A stretch of 64,000 nt of DNA from Promethearchaeota archaeon (lineage in GTDB: Archaea; Asgardarchaeota; Lokiarchaeia; Sigyniarchaeales; SOKP01). The stretch is taken from NCBI GenBank assembly GCA_048937405.1, contig JBHLNF010000005.1, positions 64,001 to 128,000 of the forward strand, written 5' to 3'. The number at the start of each line of letters is the position of its first letter. Position 1 is the first letter of the stretch. The position numbers were made by a program, and so were the translations under genes. Below are positions 9,921 through 19,603 of the stretch, one piece after another. The notes below the pieces were generated by a model, which was not told the DNA's origin, did no database searches, and saw only the letters and a list, made by a program, of their open reading frames with translations.

Positions 9921-10284
9921 ATCTGATTTATCTTTTCTTAATTCTTTTATTTAAAAAAATTATCGAATTAATAAAATTAAAGTTTTTCTAAAAAATATTG
10001 AGTTTTATTAGCAATAATCTTCTTTTGAATTATTTCTAATTTTACTAATTTAAAGCTATTTTAATTTAGAACATTGAATAGTTAAAATAAAAGAGAATGC
10101 TATAAGAATGAAATATTATAATCATCTTCTACGATAAAATAAAATGAAATACTATTAAGTTTTAGAAACTTTTTTACTTTATAAAAAATACACAAATATA
10201 CTTGTTTAAATTAAATTTGTAATTTTTTAAAATTAACTCTTAATATTCTCCCATCTTTATTTAAAAAAATTGGATAAATGAAAT

Positions 10285-10998
10285 ATGTCTGATATAAGAA
10301 TTGATGGACGAAAATTTGATGAGCTTCGCGAAATATCGATAAAAAGGAATTACCTTAAATATCCCGAAGGTTCTGTTTTGATAACTCAGGGAAACACAAA
10401 AATAATAATAACAGCATCCATAATAGAATCAGTTCCAAGATTTTTAGTAGATACAGGGACAGGTTGGATAACTGCCGAGTATTCAATGTTACCAAGGGCA
10501 ACACAAGTAAGAAATCAAAGAGAGCTTAATAGAGGAAGATCAGTTGAAATACAACGATTAATAGGGCGGAGTATACGTGCAGGTTTTAATTATGAAAAAC
10601 TTGGTGAACGTACAATAAGAATTGATTGTGATGTTATCCAAGCAGATGGAGGGACTAGATGTGCTGCTATAACTGGAGCTTTTGTAGCAGTTTTTGATGC
10701 TTTAAATTATCTATATAATCAACAACTTATTTATGATTTTCCAGATTATAGGGTGATATCAGCAGTATCTTTAGGTTTAAAAAATGATCAGATTTTATTA
10801 GATCTAAATTATCATGAAGATTCGAAAGTTGATGTAGATTTTAATTTAATTATGAATGAAGATTCAGAGATTATTGAAATTCAAGGTACTGCTGAAGGTA
10901 CTCCTTTTACAAAGAAAAAGTTAAATGAAATTATTGATTTGGGAGAAAAAGGGATTATGGAATTGATAAAAATTCAAAAGAAAGAATTAAATATATAA
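10285..10998 (+). CDS. rph: ribonuclease PH (bacterial type)
   Basis: GWITAEYSMLPRAT, EIQRLIGRSIRA, DCDVIQADGGTRCA, LDLNYHEDS, IEIQGTAEG. Confidence 0.9.
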   Translation: MSDIRIDGRKFDELREISIKRNYLKYPEGSVLITQGNTKIIITASIIESVPRFLVDTGTGWITAEYSMLPRATQVRNQRELNRGRSVEIQRLIGRSIRAGFNYEKLGERTIRIDCDVIQADGGTRCAAITGAFVAVFDALNYLYNQQLIYDFPDYRVISAVSLGLKNDQILLDLNYHEDSKVDVDFNLIMNEDSEIIEIQGTAEGTPFTKKKLNEIIDLGEKGIMELIKIQKKELNI

Positions 10999-11197
10999 AC
11001 AATTTTTAATTTTGTTAATACTTTTCAACTGAGAATCTCAAGATTAATTATATTTTTTGAAATATAGTTATTATTTTATTTATTTTAAAAAAAATATCAT
11101 TAAATCTCCAATTAACGATTTTAATAATGATATATTGTATTAATTATATATTTGAGAATAAATCTTTTCAATCTAAATTCATACATTTAATAGAGAT

Positions 11198-12433
11198 ATG
11201 CTTAGTAATTTTTTTTTTAATCTAATTCAAAAATTTATTAGTTTTAAGAGGAGTAGATTTTATCATTTTATAAAATCAATAATATTTCCATTTGTTATAA
11301 AGAATGTATCCAAACTATTTAATAGCAAAATTAATGAAAATTTAATTGTCATGGGGGCTTATGGGGGCGGGGGTTTTGTTGATAATACAAAATACCTATT
11401 CGAATTTTTAAATAAAAAATCTAAATATACCCTAGTTTGGATTGCTAAATTAAAATCGGTTCGGAAACTTCTAAGAGAAATAGGTTTTAATGTAGTCTCA
11501 ATGTATAGTTTACAGGCTATTAAAATTCTAAGAAGGGCAAAATATATATTCATAACCCATAATTATGAGGACATTTTACCTATAGAGTTTTCAAATGGAT
11601 CTACCATTATTCTTACATGGCATGGATTACCAATTAAAAACGTTGAAGTTAATCTTAAAGAGAGTTTTATATATAATAAGTGGGGGGACATTTTTCACTT
11701 AAAGCTAAAAAATGATGATTATATTGATTATTTGTTATCTCAATCTAGTAATGAAAACGATGTCAATATATTAAGTTCTCAACTTAAAATAGCACCAAAT
11801 AAAATCATTTCGTTAGGATACCCTAGAAATGATATTCTATTTAATAAAAACGATAAATTAATTGAGAATATAAAAAATAATTATGATATTCCTTATAATG
11901 TTCAACAAGTATTTTTGTATGCACCAACATTCCGAAGTAACCGAACTTTTACTCTTCCTTTATCAGAATCAGATATAATAAACTTAAATAAAATCCTTAA
12001 AGAAATAAACTCAATTCTAATCTTAAAACCTCATATGATCACAGAAAGAGTTCGATTTGAGAATTATGAAAACATTAAGGTTTTAGATAAAAAAACGGAT
12101 TTTCAGGAGTTATTACTCATATCAGATGTTCTTATTTCAGATTATTCCGGTGCTTGGATTGATTATCTTTTAACATTAAAGCCCATTCTAATATTCACAT
12201 ACGATTTAAATAATTATCGAAAAAAAAAAGGATTAAATTATAACTTAAATGATATAGCTCCTGGTCCAATTCTATACAATGCAAATGAATTATTTGACGC
12301 GATTAAGAATATTGATATTATTGATAAAAATTATAAGCAAAAAAGAGAAGAAATTAGGGATAGATTTAATGATTTCAAAGATGGAGATTCAACTAAAAGG
12401 ATCTTAGATTTTCTTAAAATAAAATATGAATAA
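11198..12433 (+). CDS. CDP-glycerol/ribitol phosphotransferase (TagB/TagF family)
   Basis: DNTKYLF, TWHGLPIK, GYPRND, LYAPTFR, KPH, SDVLISDYS. Confidence 0.9.
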   Translation: MLSNFFFNLIQKFISFKRSRFYHFIKSIIFPFVIKNVSKLFNSKINENLIVMGAYGGGGFVDNTKYLFEFLNKKSKYTLVWIAKLKSVRKLLREIGFNVVSMYSLQAIKILRRAKYIFITHNYEDILPIEFSNGSTIILTWHGLPIKNVEVNLKESFIYNKWGDIFHLKLKNDDYIDYLLSQSSNENDVNILSSQLKIAPNKIISLGYPRNDILFNKNDKLIENIKNNYDIPYNVQQVFLYAPTFRSNRTFTLPLSESDIINLNKILKEINSILILKPHMITERVRFENYENIKVLDKKTDFQELLLISDVLISDYSGAWIDYLLTLKPILIFTYDLNNYRKKKGLNYNLNDIAPGPILYNANELFDAIKNIDIIDKNYKQKREEIRDRFNDFKDGDSTKRILDFLKIKYE

Positions 12434-12454
12434 GTTTAATTTATTAAAAAAAGT

Positions 12455-13645
12455 CTAATGTGCTTCAATACCTAATTGTTCTGGATGTTCTTGAAAATAT
12501 CCAACACCATCTTTGATTATGTCAATAATAGATCTTAAAGGTCTCCATCCAATATCTCTTCTAATTTTATCATTTTTCCCAATTAACAAGGGAACTTCAC
12601 TAGGACGTAATCGATTTGGATCTACAAATACATCAGCAGAAATATTATAGATATTTTTAGTTAACTTTACATAATTAGCTATAGTTATACCTTTACCTGA
12701 ACATACATTATAGGGCTCACCGTAATTTCTTTTTTCACTGGTCAATATATAAGCATTGACAGTATCCTTTACATGTGTATAATCTCTTATCGCGTTTGGA
12801 TTTCCAATTATTATGTTATTCCTTAAACCATTTAAGATTTCAACGATTTGTCTATGAATTACACTAGTAACAAATTGAATTCCTCTTCGTGGGCCTTCAT
12901 GATTGAAACCACGAGTAATTATACTTGGAACGCCATAAGAATTATGATATAACCATGCTATTTGCTCTGTTGCACATTTCGAAATTCCATATATACTTCT
13001 CGGACGAAAAGGATTTTTTTTTATATCTTCAGTAACTGGAACCTCCTGTGGATCAACTAAGCCATATTGTTCACTACTACAGGCTACTTGAATACTTACC
13101 AAATTATGATCAAATCTCCTAGCAGCCTCAAATATTTTTATTGTTCCAATAATATTATTATGAGTAACTCTGGCAGGCTCTCTAAATGAAGTAGGTACAA
13201 AAGACTCAGCAGCAAGGTGAAAAACAGCATTGGGTTCAATTTCTTCAAAAATTGCAAAAATTCTTTCTGCACTTGTAATGTCTGCTTCATGTAATGTTAC
13301 TTTTCCCCTTAAGTGTTCAATATTTTCGTGCATAGGTACCGCATGCCTACGAATCGTTCCATGTACTTCACATCCTAAATCCAATAATTGCTCTGCTAGA
13401 TGACTTCCAGCAAAACCACTTATACCAGTTATTAAAACTCTTTTTTCTTTCCAAAAATTTCTATCTGGTTCAGAAGATTTCAAGTTTTTAAAGTCATCTA
13501 AATAATCATCAATTTTTTCGGGATTGATAATAAATCCTTGACTCTCAAGCTCTTTAACACGAGGGTTTTCCTCAATTGCTTCATCGATAGGTATCAGATT
13601 ATTCATAGTATTAAAAAATATTTTTTCAATTTTTAAGTTATTCAT
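12455..13645 (-). CDS. GDP-mannose 4,6-dehydratase family protein
   Basis: ITGISGFAGSHLAE, HLAAESFVPTSF, SSEQYG, YGISK, FNHEGPRRG, RPSEV; start may be M14. Confidence 0.85.
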   Translation of the reverse strand: MNNLKIEKIFFNTMNNLIPIDEAIEENPRVKELESQGFIINPEKIDDYLDDFKNLKSSEPDRNFWKEKRVLITGISGFAGSHLAEQLLDLGCEVHGTIRRHAVPMHENIEHLRGKVTLHEADITSAERIFAIFEEIEPNAVFHLAAESFVPTSFREPARVTHNNIIGTIKIFEAARRFDHNLVSIQVACSSEQYGLVDPQEVPVTEDIKKNPFRPRSIYGISKCATEQIAWLYHNSYGVPSIITRGFNHEGPRRGIQFVTSVIHRQIVEILNGLRNNIIIGNPNAIRDYTHVKDTVNAYILTSEKRNYGEPYNVCSGKGITIANYVKLTKNIYNISADVFVDPNRLRPSEVPLLIGKNDKIRRDIGWRPLRSIIDIIKDGVGYFQEHPEQLGIEAH

Positions 13646-13832
13646 AAGATTTTAATAAAAGTGCCATTGATTAATGAGTTTTAGAAAAATTAATTTAATT
13701 ATTTTTAAATTCTAAATCCCTTTTTTATTTATAAAAAAGTTATATAATAATTTTTAATATTAGAAATAAGAATTAATTTAGAAAAAATTTTAGATACAAC
13801 GTATATTATTTGACTAAAAAAATCTTATTAAA

Positions 13833-15011
13833 ATGGTAAAAATTCTTCTTTATTCTCCACTTGCTGTTGAAAATGGCAGAGGTGGTGAAATTTCATCTAT
13901 GGAATTAGCAGCAGGATTAAATAAATATTACAAAACAACTTTTATCCATACAAATATCTTTATTGGTGAAAAATTGTTATCCAAAATGGCAATTAAAGCT
14001 AAATTAAAAGGATTGCGGATAAGAACTCGAATGAAATTTGCTACATTAAAAATCTCAAACTTAGTATTTTCATTTCCTTATCCCAAAGATTTAATAAAAT
14101 TATATAGAGAAGTTAAAAAAAATGATATTATTTATACATCTTGTTCTACTTTTAAGCAAAATCTTATTTTCATGTTTTTTAGTCTAATACATAGAAGGGG
14201 AAGGTTTATTATTGGATATAGAAAACCACTATATAGTGAAAAGCTTTTTTCTCTATACAATATCAAATATAGATTATCAATATTATTTTTTTCATTATTT
14301 AAAAAGAGATTTTATCATCATACATTGTCTAAAAGTACCAAAAACTTCTTACAGAAATTTTATAATTCCAAGAAAGTTATTCATATTGTTCATGGTATTG
14401 ATTTAAAGTTATATCGTGATAACAATTTTCAAGAGAAATCAAAAAATTTACTGAATTATATTTATATTGGATATTTAGATGATATTCATAAAGGAGTTAA
14501 TGTTTTAATTGAAACTTTAGATGAATTTCTAAAAGAAAATCGAGATTTAAACCTTAAATTTGAATTCTGTGGTATGGGCCCCTTAGATAAAAAAATTCAA
14601 GCTTTAGAAAGAAAATATCCTAAATATGTAAAATTTCATGGATATATAAATAATAATTTAGTACCAGAATTTTATAAAAAAAGTGACATCTATCTTTTCA
14701 CATCTAGAGTCGAACCATTTCCAAGATCAATTATGGAAGCATTAGGTGCAGGTCTTTTGGTAATTTGTAGCAAGACAATAGGCTCTGTTGAATTATTAAA
14801 AGGACAAGAATTTGCATTTTTCTTAAAAGAATTAGATAAATCCTCAATTAAGAGAAAAATCTTAGAAACATATAATTTATGGAAAAATAATCCAGAAAGA
14901 ATTTTAGAATTGCAGAAATTAGCTAAAAATTATGTTTTTAAGAATTATTCTAGTGAGATTGAACTTCATATGTTTAGAGATTTACTTCAAAAAATAATTA
15001 AAAATGTATGA
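13833..15011 (+). CDS. glycosyltransferase family 4 (GT-B)
   Basis: HGID, HKG, SRVEPFPRSIMEA. Confidence 0.88.
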   Translation: MVKILLYSPLAVENGRGGEISSMELAAGLNKYYKTTFIHTNIFIGEKLLSKMAIKAKLKGLRIRTRMKFATLKISNLVFSFPYPKDLIKLYREVKKNDIIYTSCSTFKQNLIFMFFSLIHRRGRFIIGYRKPLYSEKLFSLYNIKYRLSILFFSLFKKRFYHHTLSKSTKNFLQKFYNSKKVIHIVHGIDLKLYRDNNFQEKSKNLLNYIYIGYLDDIHKGVNVLIETLDEFLKENRDLNLKFEFCGMGPLDKKIQALERKYPKYVKFHGYINNNLVPEFYKKSDIYLFTSRVEPFPRSIMEALGAGLLVICSKTIGSVELLKGQEFAFFLKELDKSSIKRKILETYNLWKNNPERILELQKLAKNYVFKNYSSEIELHMFRDLLQKIIKNV

Positions 15012-15102
15012 ATTATTATATTAAAGAATAAGAGCATCGCACATTCGGATTTTTGAAAATAATATTAGATTTTTGTATAATAATGATTAATTAGTTGCTT
15101 TT

Positions 15103-16362
15103 TCATTTTAATAAATTCTCAAAAAGTTTAATATAATCATCTATAATGAAATTCCAATTAAATTCTTTTATTACTCTTTCATGACCTTTTTTCCCCATTA
15201 TTTTTCTTTTTTTTTCATTGTAATAAAGATATAAAATTTTCTCCACTAAATCATTTAAATTATTTGGTTTTACTAATAAACCTGTTTCCTTATTCTGAAT
15301 TGCTTCGATTATTCCTCCAGAAAAAGTTCCTATTACAGGTGTATAGAAATAATTTGCTTCAATAAAAACAATTCCAAATCCTTCAATTGATTCTTTTTTA
15401 ACAATTGAAGGCATTACAAATACATCTGAAAGTTTAAAAAACTTATTTCTTGTTTTAATATCTGTAAAACCAACAAATTCGACCTGTTTTTTTAAATCTA
15501 ATTCTTCGGCAATTTTTTTTAATCTGGGTGTTTCTTCACCTTTTCCTATTAAATAATATTTTAATTTGATTGAGGGTTCTTTTTCTTTTAAGACTTTTAT
15601 AGCTTGTATGACTAAATCAAATTTTTTTCTTATAACGTGTCGCCCAACACTTAATAAAACAAATTGGTCTTCTGGAATATTAAATTCTTTCCTTAATTCT
15701 TCTCTTGATTCTTTAATTTCATAGTCCTCAGGAATTAATCCATAGTAAATAACGGATAATTTATTTTCATCTAAATGATGAACTTTCTTTATTAATTCTT
15801 TAAGTGCATAAGTTCCTAAAATCAAGAGATCCATATTCTTAAATAGATAAGTTCTTAATGAAAACGGTGAATGAACAAGAAATTCATTTCCATAAGCTAA
15901 TGATACCACTTTTTTGTTAATCAATCTTGATAATATGAATGCTAAAGATAATGTAATCCCTGTTCCAGTACCAGCAAGGATTAAATCAATATTTAATTTT
16001 TTGATTTTATGATAAATTTTAATCAAATTTTCAATTGAATTGTATAAATTGTTAGGTTGAATAATCAGATAAAGAATTATTTTTAATCGATCTGAAAGTC
16101 TTGATCTTTTATCTTTTAATATATTCCAGAAAGTTAAAATTATAAAATAAAGAAAAGCCTTTTTTTTTAAATTAGATAGTAAACTTCGCATACTATAATC
16201 TTTTTTTTCAAAAATATTAATAGTGAATTTAGATTTGTAATATGGATTAAAAAAAAAGATTCTGTGATTTCTTTCATTAAATAATTTCAAGAGACTGTCT
16301 AAAACGTGACCAATACCTCCTTGTTCGGGAGGATTTCCATAATATAAGAGCGCGATGTTCAT
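15103..16362 (-). CDS. glycosyltransferase family 4
   Basis: GGIG, YGNE, SVGRH..RK, EGFGIVFIEA, GGIIEAI. Confidence 0.9.
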   Translation of the reverse strand: MNIALLYYGNPPEQGGIGHVLDSLLKLFNERNHRIFFFNPYYKSKFTINIFEKKDYSMRSLLSNLKKKAFLYFIILTFWNILKDKRSRLSDRLKIILYLIIQPNNLYNSIENLIKIYHKIKKLNIDLILAGTGTGITLSLAFILSRLINKKVVSLAYGNEFLVHSPFSLRTYLFKNMDLLILGTYALKELIKKVHHLDENKLSVIYYGLIPEDYEIKESREELRKEFNIPEDQFVLLSVGRHVIRKKFDLVIQAIKVLKEKEPSIKLKYYLIGKGEETPRLKKIAEELDLKKQVEFVGFTDIKTRNKFFKLSDVFVMPSIVKKESIEGFGIVFIEANYFYTPVIGTFSGGIIEAIQNKETGLLVKPNNLNDLVEKILYLYYNEKKRKIMGKKGHERVIKEFNWNFIIDDYIKLFENLLK

Positions 16363-16712
16363 CTTATCTTAAATAGTGAAAAAATAATTATAGGTCTGAA
16401 TTTTTTTTTAAATCGGTAAATATATTAAAAATATATTACTTATAACCATATTTTAATTCTTTTAATAAAATTTAGGTAACTAAGTGCTGTTTATAATTTA
16501 AGACAAAAAAAATTTATCTTTTTTATCCATTATCATTTTATTTTGAGAGAAGCGATTAGCAATAGATAATCTAATAAAAGATGGTTTATTAGAAATTATC
16601 AATAATGAAAAATAACAAACAAATTAACTATAAGATATACAGACCCTCAGGATCATCTTTGGATAGAATTAAATGATACAAATTAATTTTATGAAAAATA
16701 GGAAACTTATAT

Positions 16713-17876
16713 ATGAATAGCTTTGATAAAAGGCAAAGAATAACTAATGGAAAATTAAGAGTCTTATATTTCACACCTCTATTCACCTCCACAAATATTA
16801 ATATAGAAAATTATATGACAAATCAAGTAAATGCACTAATACGATATTATGAAAAAATTGAACTTTTAATATATTCCACACGTCCAAATAAAAATGAAGT
16901 AATTAGATATAATGATAGAATCTTATTAGTAAATAGGATCTCTTACAAAAATCTTCTTTTCATAAAAGATATGATTAAGATTTTTACTAAATTTAAACCA
17001 CACGTAGTACATTCACATTATATCGTACCTTCAATTTTTGTTAATATATTCGCGAAGATCTTCAGAGTACCGACCATATTGCATGGCAGAGGACAAGATA
17101 TGAATTATAGACCATACCATCATATCAAGAATAAAATATTATTATTAATATCTGGAAAATTAAACAATATGATTTTAACAGTATGCAAATCTATGAGAAA
17201 TGACTGCTTAAGATTTAAAATAAAAAAAAATAAAGTTAGGGTAATTTATAATGGTATAGATTTTGTAAAATTTTGTCCAAAAGATAAGTCTTTTTTTTTA
17301 AATAATCGTCCATTGGAATTGATACATGTGGGTTCATTTGGTCCTAGAAAAGGGCAACATTTAGTCATTGAAGCATGTAAAAAATTAAAAGATAATAACA
17401 TTAATTTCCATCTAACTTTAATTGGGAGAGATACCCAAGGACAAGAATTAGCTGTTTTGATCAATAAATATGATTTAAAAGATTATGTAGAGCGATTAGG
17501 AGTGTTAAACCATAAAGACCTTCCGTCCTATATGGAAAAAGCAGATATATTAGTATTTCCTTCATTAACAGAGGGATTACCAAATGCGGTGTTAGAAGCA
17601 ATGAGTATGAAGCTAGCAGTTGTGTTAACAAATGTAGATGGCAATTTAGAGTTGGCTCAAGACATTGGAAGTATTTTAGTTGATATAAATAATTCACATC
17701 AGTTATACGAGGCTATTTTACATTATTATAATAATCCTAAAGATATTGAAAATGGTGGGGAAATAAATAGAAATTTTATAGTTAAGACATTCAGTTGGGA
17801 GAAACATGCGAAAGAGTTGTATTATGTGTATAATTTATTAGCAAACAGGAAGAAGAATATAAATGATAAGCTTTAA
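16713..17876 (+). CDS. glycosyltransferase family 4
   Basis: VIYNGID, RKGQ, EGLPNAVLEAM. Confidence 0.9.
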   Translation: MNSFDKRQRITNGKLRVLYFTPLFTSTNINIENYMTNQVNALIRYYEKIELLIYSTRPNKNEVIRYNDRILLVNRISYKNLLFIKDMIKIFTKFKPHVVHSHYIVPSIFVNIFAKIFRVPTILHGRGQDMNYRPYHHIKNKILLLISGKLNNMILTVCKSMRNDCLRFKIKKNKVRVIYNGIDFVKFCPKDKSFFLNNRPLELIHVGSFGPRKGQHLVIEACKKLKDNNINFHLTLIGRDTQGQELAVLINKYDLKDYVERLGVLNHKDLPSYMEKADILVFPSLTEGLPNAVLEAMSMKLAVVLTNVDGNLELAQDIGSILVDINNSHQLYEAILHYYNNPKDIENGGEINRNFIVKTFSWEKHAKELYYVYNLLANRKKNINDKL

Positions 17877-18684
17877 AACAATTCGTAGAATTTTTTCAAA
17901 AACATTCGCTATAGCAGAAAAAAACATTCGAGTACAGTTTAGATTTAAATTTAATGTAGTTTTAAGATGGTTTGTTCCAGTCATCACATTATTAATGCCT
18001 ATTATTATCTTAAATAAATTCTTTGATAATGATGTGAATGTAGGTCCATGGACACCTCAAAATTATCTGATTTTCATATTTATTGGATACAATATTATGA
18101 TCATGAATACAATGATTGGATACATTCCCAAATATTTATTAAGAGAAAAATATTGGAAGACGCTTCCTGCGCTTATAACTTCTCCTTTTAATAGATTTTA
18201 TTTATTATTTGGCTATATTCTTTCTGAATTTCTAGGAATTATTTTACCTTTTTTAGCATTCTTTATAGCACTTTTAATTCTTTTTCCAATTTCGATTGTA
18301 ACAATAATAAGTATAATTATAATGTTCCTATTTGTTGGAATAATTTTTTCTGGCTTAGGATTATTTTTAGGAGTATTTGCAATATCAAATGAAAATTATC
18401 TTTTTGTTTTTGATTTTATGGGTAGACTACTTTTTTGGTTTAGTTGTATATCTTATCCGTTTCAGTTATTCCCAAAAGAAGTTCAAAGCATTATTGATAA
18501 AAATCCGATTTATTATATGATTGATCTTATTCGTCTAACATGGATTGAAGATAATATTGTTTTAACTGCTTCTTCTCATTTAACACATATAATCATATTT
18601 TCAATTTCTATAATCATATTTCCCATCTTGTGTGTTTATCTATTTAATTTAATATATAAAAAATTAGGGATTTCAGGGTATTAG
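17863..18684 (+). CDS. ABC-2 type exporter permease
   Basis: about 6 hydrophobic segments, REKYWKTL (EK..GTL-like), NPIYY..DLIR. Confidence 0.85.
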   Translation: MISFKTIRRIFSKTFAIAEKNIRVQFRFKFNVVLRWFVPVITLLMPIIILNKFFDNDVNVGPWTPQNYLIFIFIGYNIMIMNTMIGYIPKYLLREKYWKTLPALITSPFNRFYLLFGYILSEFLGIILPFLAFFIALLILFPISIVTIISIIIMFLFVGIIFSGLGLFLGVFAISNENYLFVFDFMGRLLFWFSCISYPFQLFPKEVQSIIDKNPIYYMIDLIRLTWIEDNIVLTASSHLTHIIIFSISIIIFPILCVYLFNLIYKKLGISGY

Positions 18685-18685
18685 A

Positions 18686-19603
18686 TTGAATAATTCTATA
18701 ATAGAGACTTTTAATTTGGGAAAAATATATCATCTGAAAGGAAAAAAACGTATTCATGCGTTAGAAGATGTGAATATTCGTATAAAAGAAGGGGAAAAAT
18801 TTGGTTTATTAGGTCCAAATGGGGCTGGTAAAACAACGATGATTTCTATATTATCCACTTTAATACAACCTTCAAGTGGTTATGCTATTATTGATGGAGA
18901 TAATATTCTCAAAAAACCAAATGTTGTTAAGAGTAAAATTTCCCTTATGCTAGGAACTGATATGATATATTATAGAATCACGGGATACTCAAATTTAAAG
19001 TTCTTTTGTAAGGTTTGTGATATAAAAGATTATAAAAGAAAAATTGTAGAGGTAGCTAAAGAACTTGAAATGGAAAAATGGCTTAATGAGTATGTTGAGC
19101 GATATTCCTCAGGAATGAAGTGTAAACTATCTCTATGTAGAGTTCTACTTTCCGAACCTAAGATCTTATTTTTAGATGAACCCACATTAGGTCTTGATAT
19201 TAAAACAACAAATTTTATCATTGATAAATTAAAAAAGTCAAAGGAAACAATCTTTTTAACGAGTCATAATATGGATGTTGTAGAAAAATTATGTACAAAA
19301 ATTGCATTTATTAATCATGGTAAAATCATAAAAATCGGTAGTAAAGAAGAACTTAGCAAATTATTACATAAAAGAGTAAAAGTTTTTATTGGTATTGATA
19401 AAAATAAGCAAGAATTACAAAAAGAGTTACAACAGCAAAATTTCATAACAAATGTTAATGATGAAGAAAATGGTCTTAATATTGAATTATCAAATAGTGA
19501 AGATTATAGTAAATTATTCCCAATATTAACTAAATATAAAATAACAAAAATAAAAGAATTAGATTTGTCTGTTGAGGATTTATTTTTAAAAACATTTGAA
19601 TAG
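18686..19603 (+). CDS. ABC exporter ATP-binding protein (NodI/DrrA-like)
   Basis: GPNGAGKTT, YSSGM signature, LFLDEPTLGLD, SH switch; TTG start. Confidence 0.93.
   Translation: MNNSIIETFNLGKIYHLKGKKRIHALEDVNIRIKEGEKFGLLGPNGAGKTTMISILSTLIQPSSGYAIIDGDNILKKPNVVKSKISLMLGTDMIYYRITGYSNLKFFCKVCDIKDYKRKIVEVAKELEMEKWLNEYVERYSSGMKCKLSLCRVLLSEPKILFLDEPTLGLDIKTTNFIIDKLKKSKETIFLTSHNMDVVEKLCTKIAFINHGKIIKIGSKEELSKLLHKRVKVFIGIDKNKQELQKELQQQNFITNVNDEENGLNIELSNSEDYSKLFPILTKYKITKIKELDLSVEDLFLKTFE

Noticed and set aside
10285-10998. Exosome subunit Rrp41
   Set aside because: Motifs are bacterial Rph-type and no exosome operon neighbours are present
16540-16690. Coding-like remnant (KRLAIDNLIKDGLLEII / TIRYTDPQDHLWIEL)
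   Set aside because: Too short and broken to assign to a family by eye
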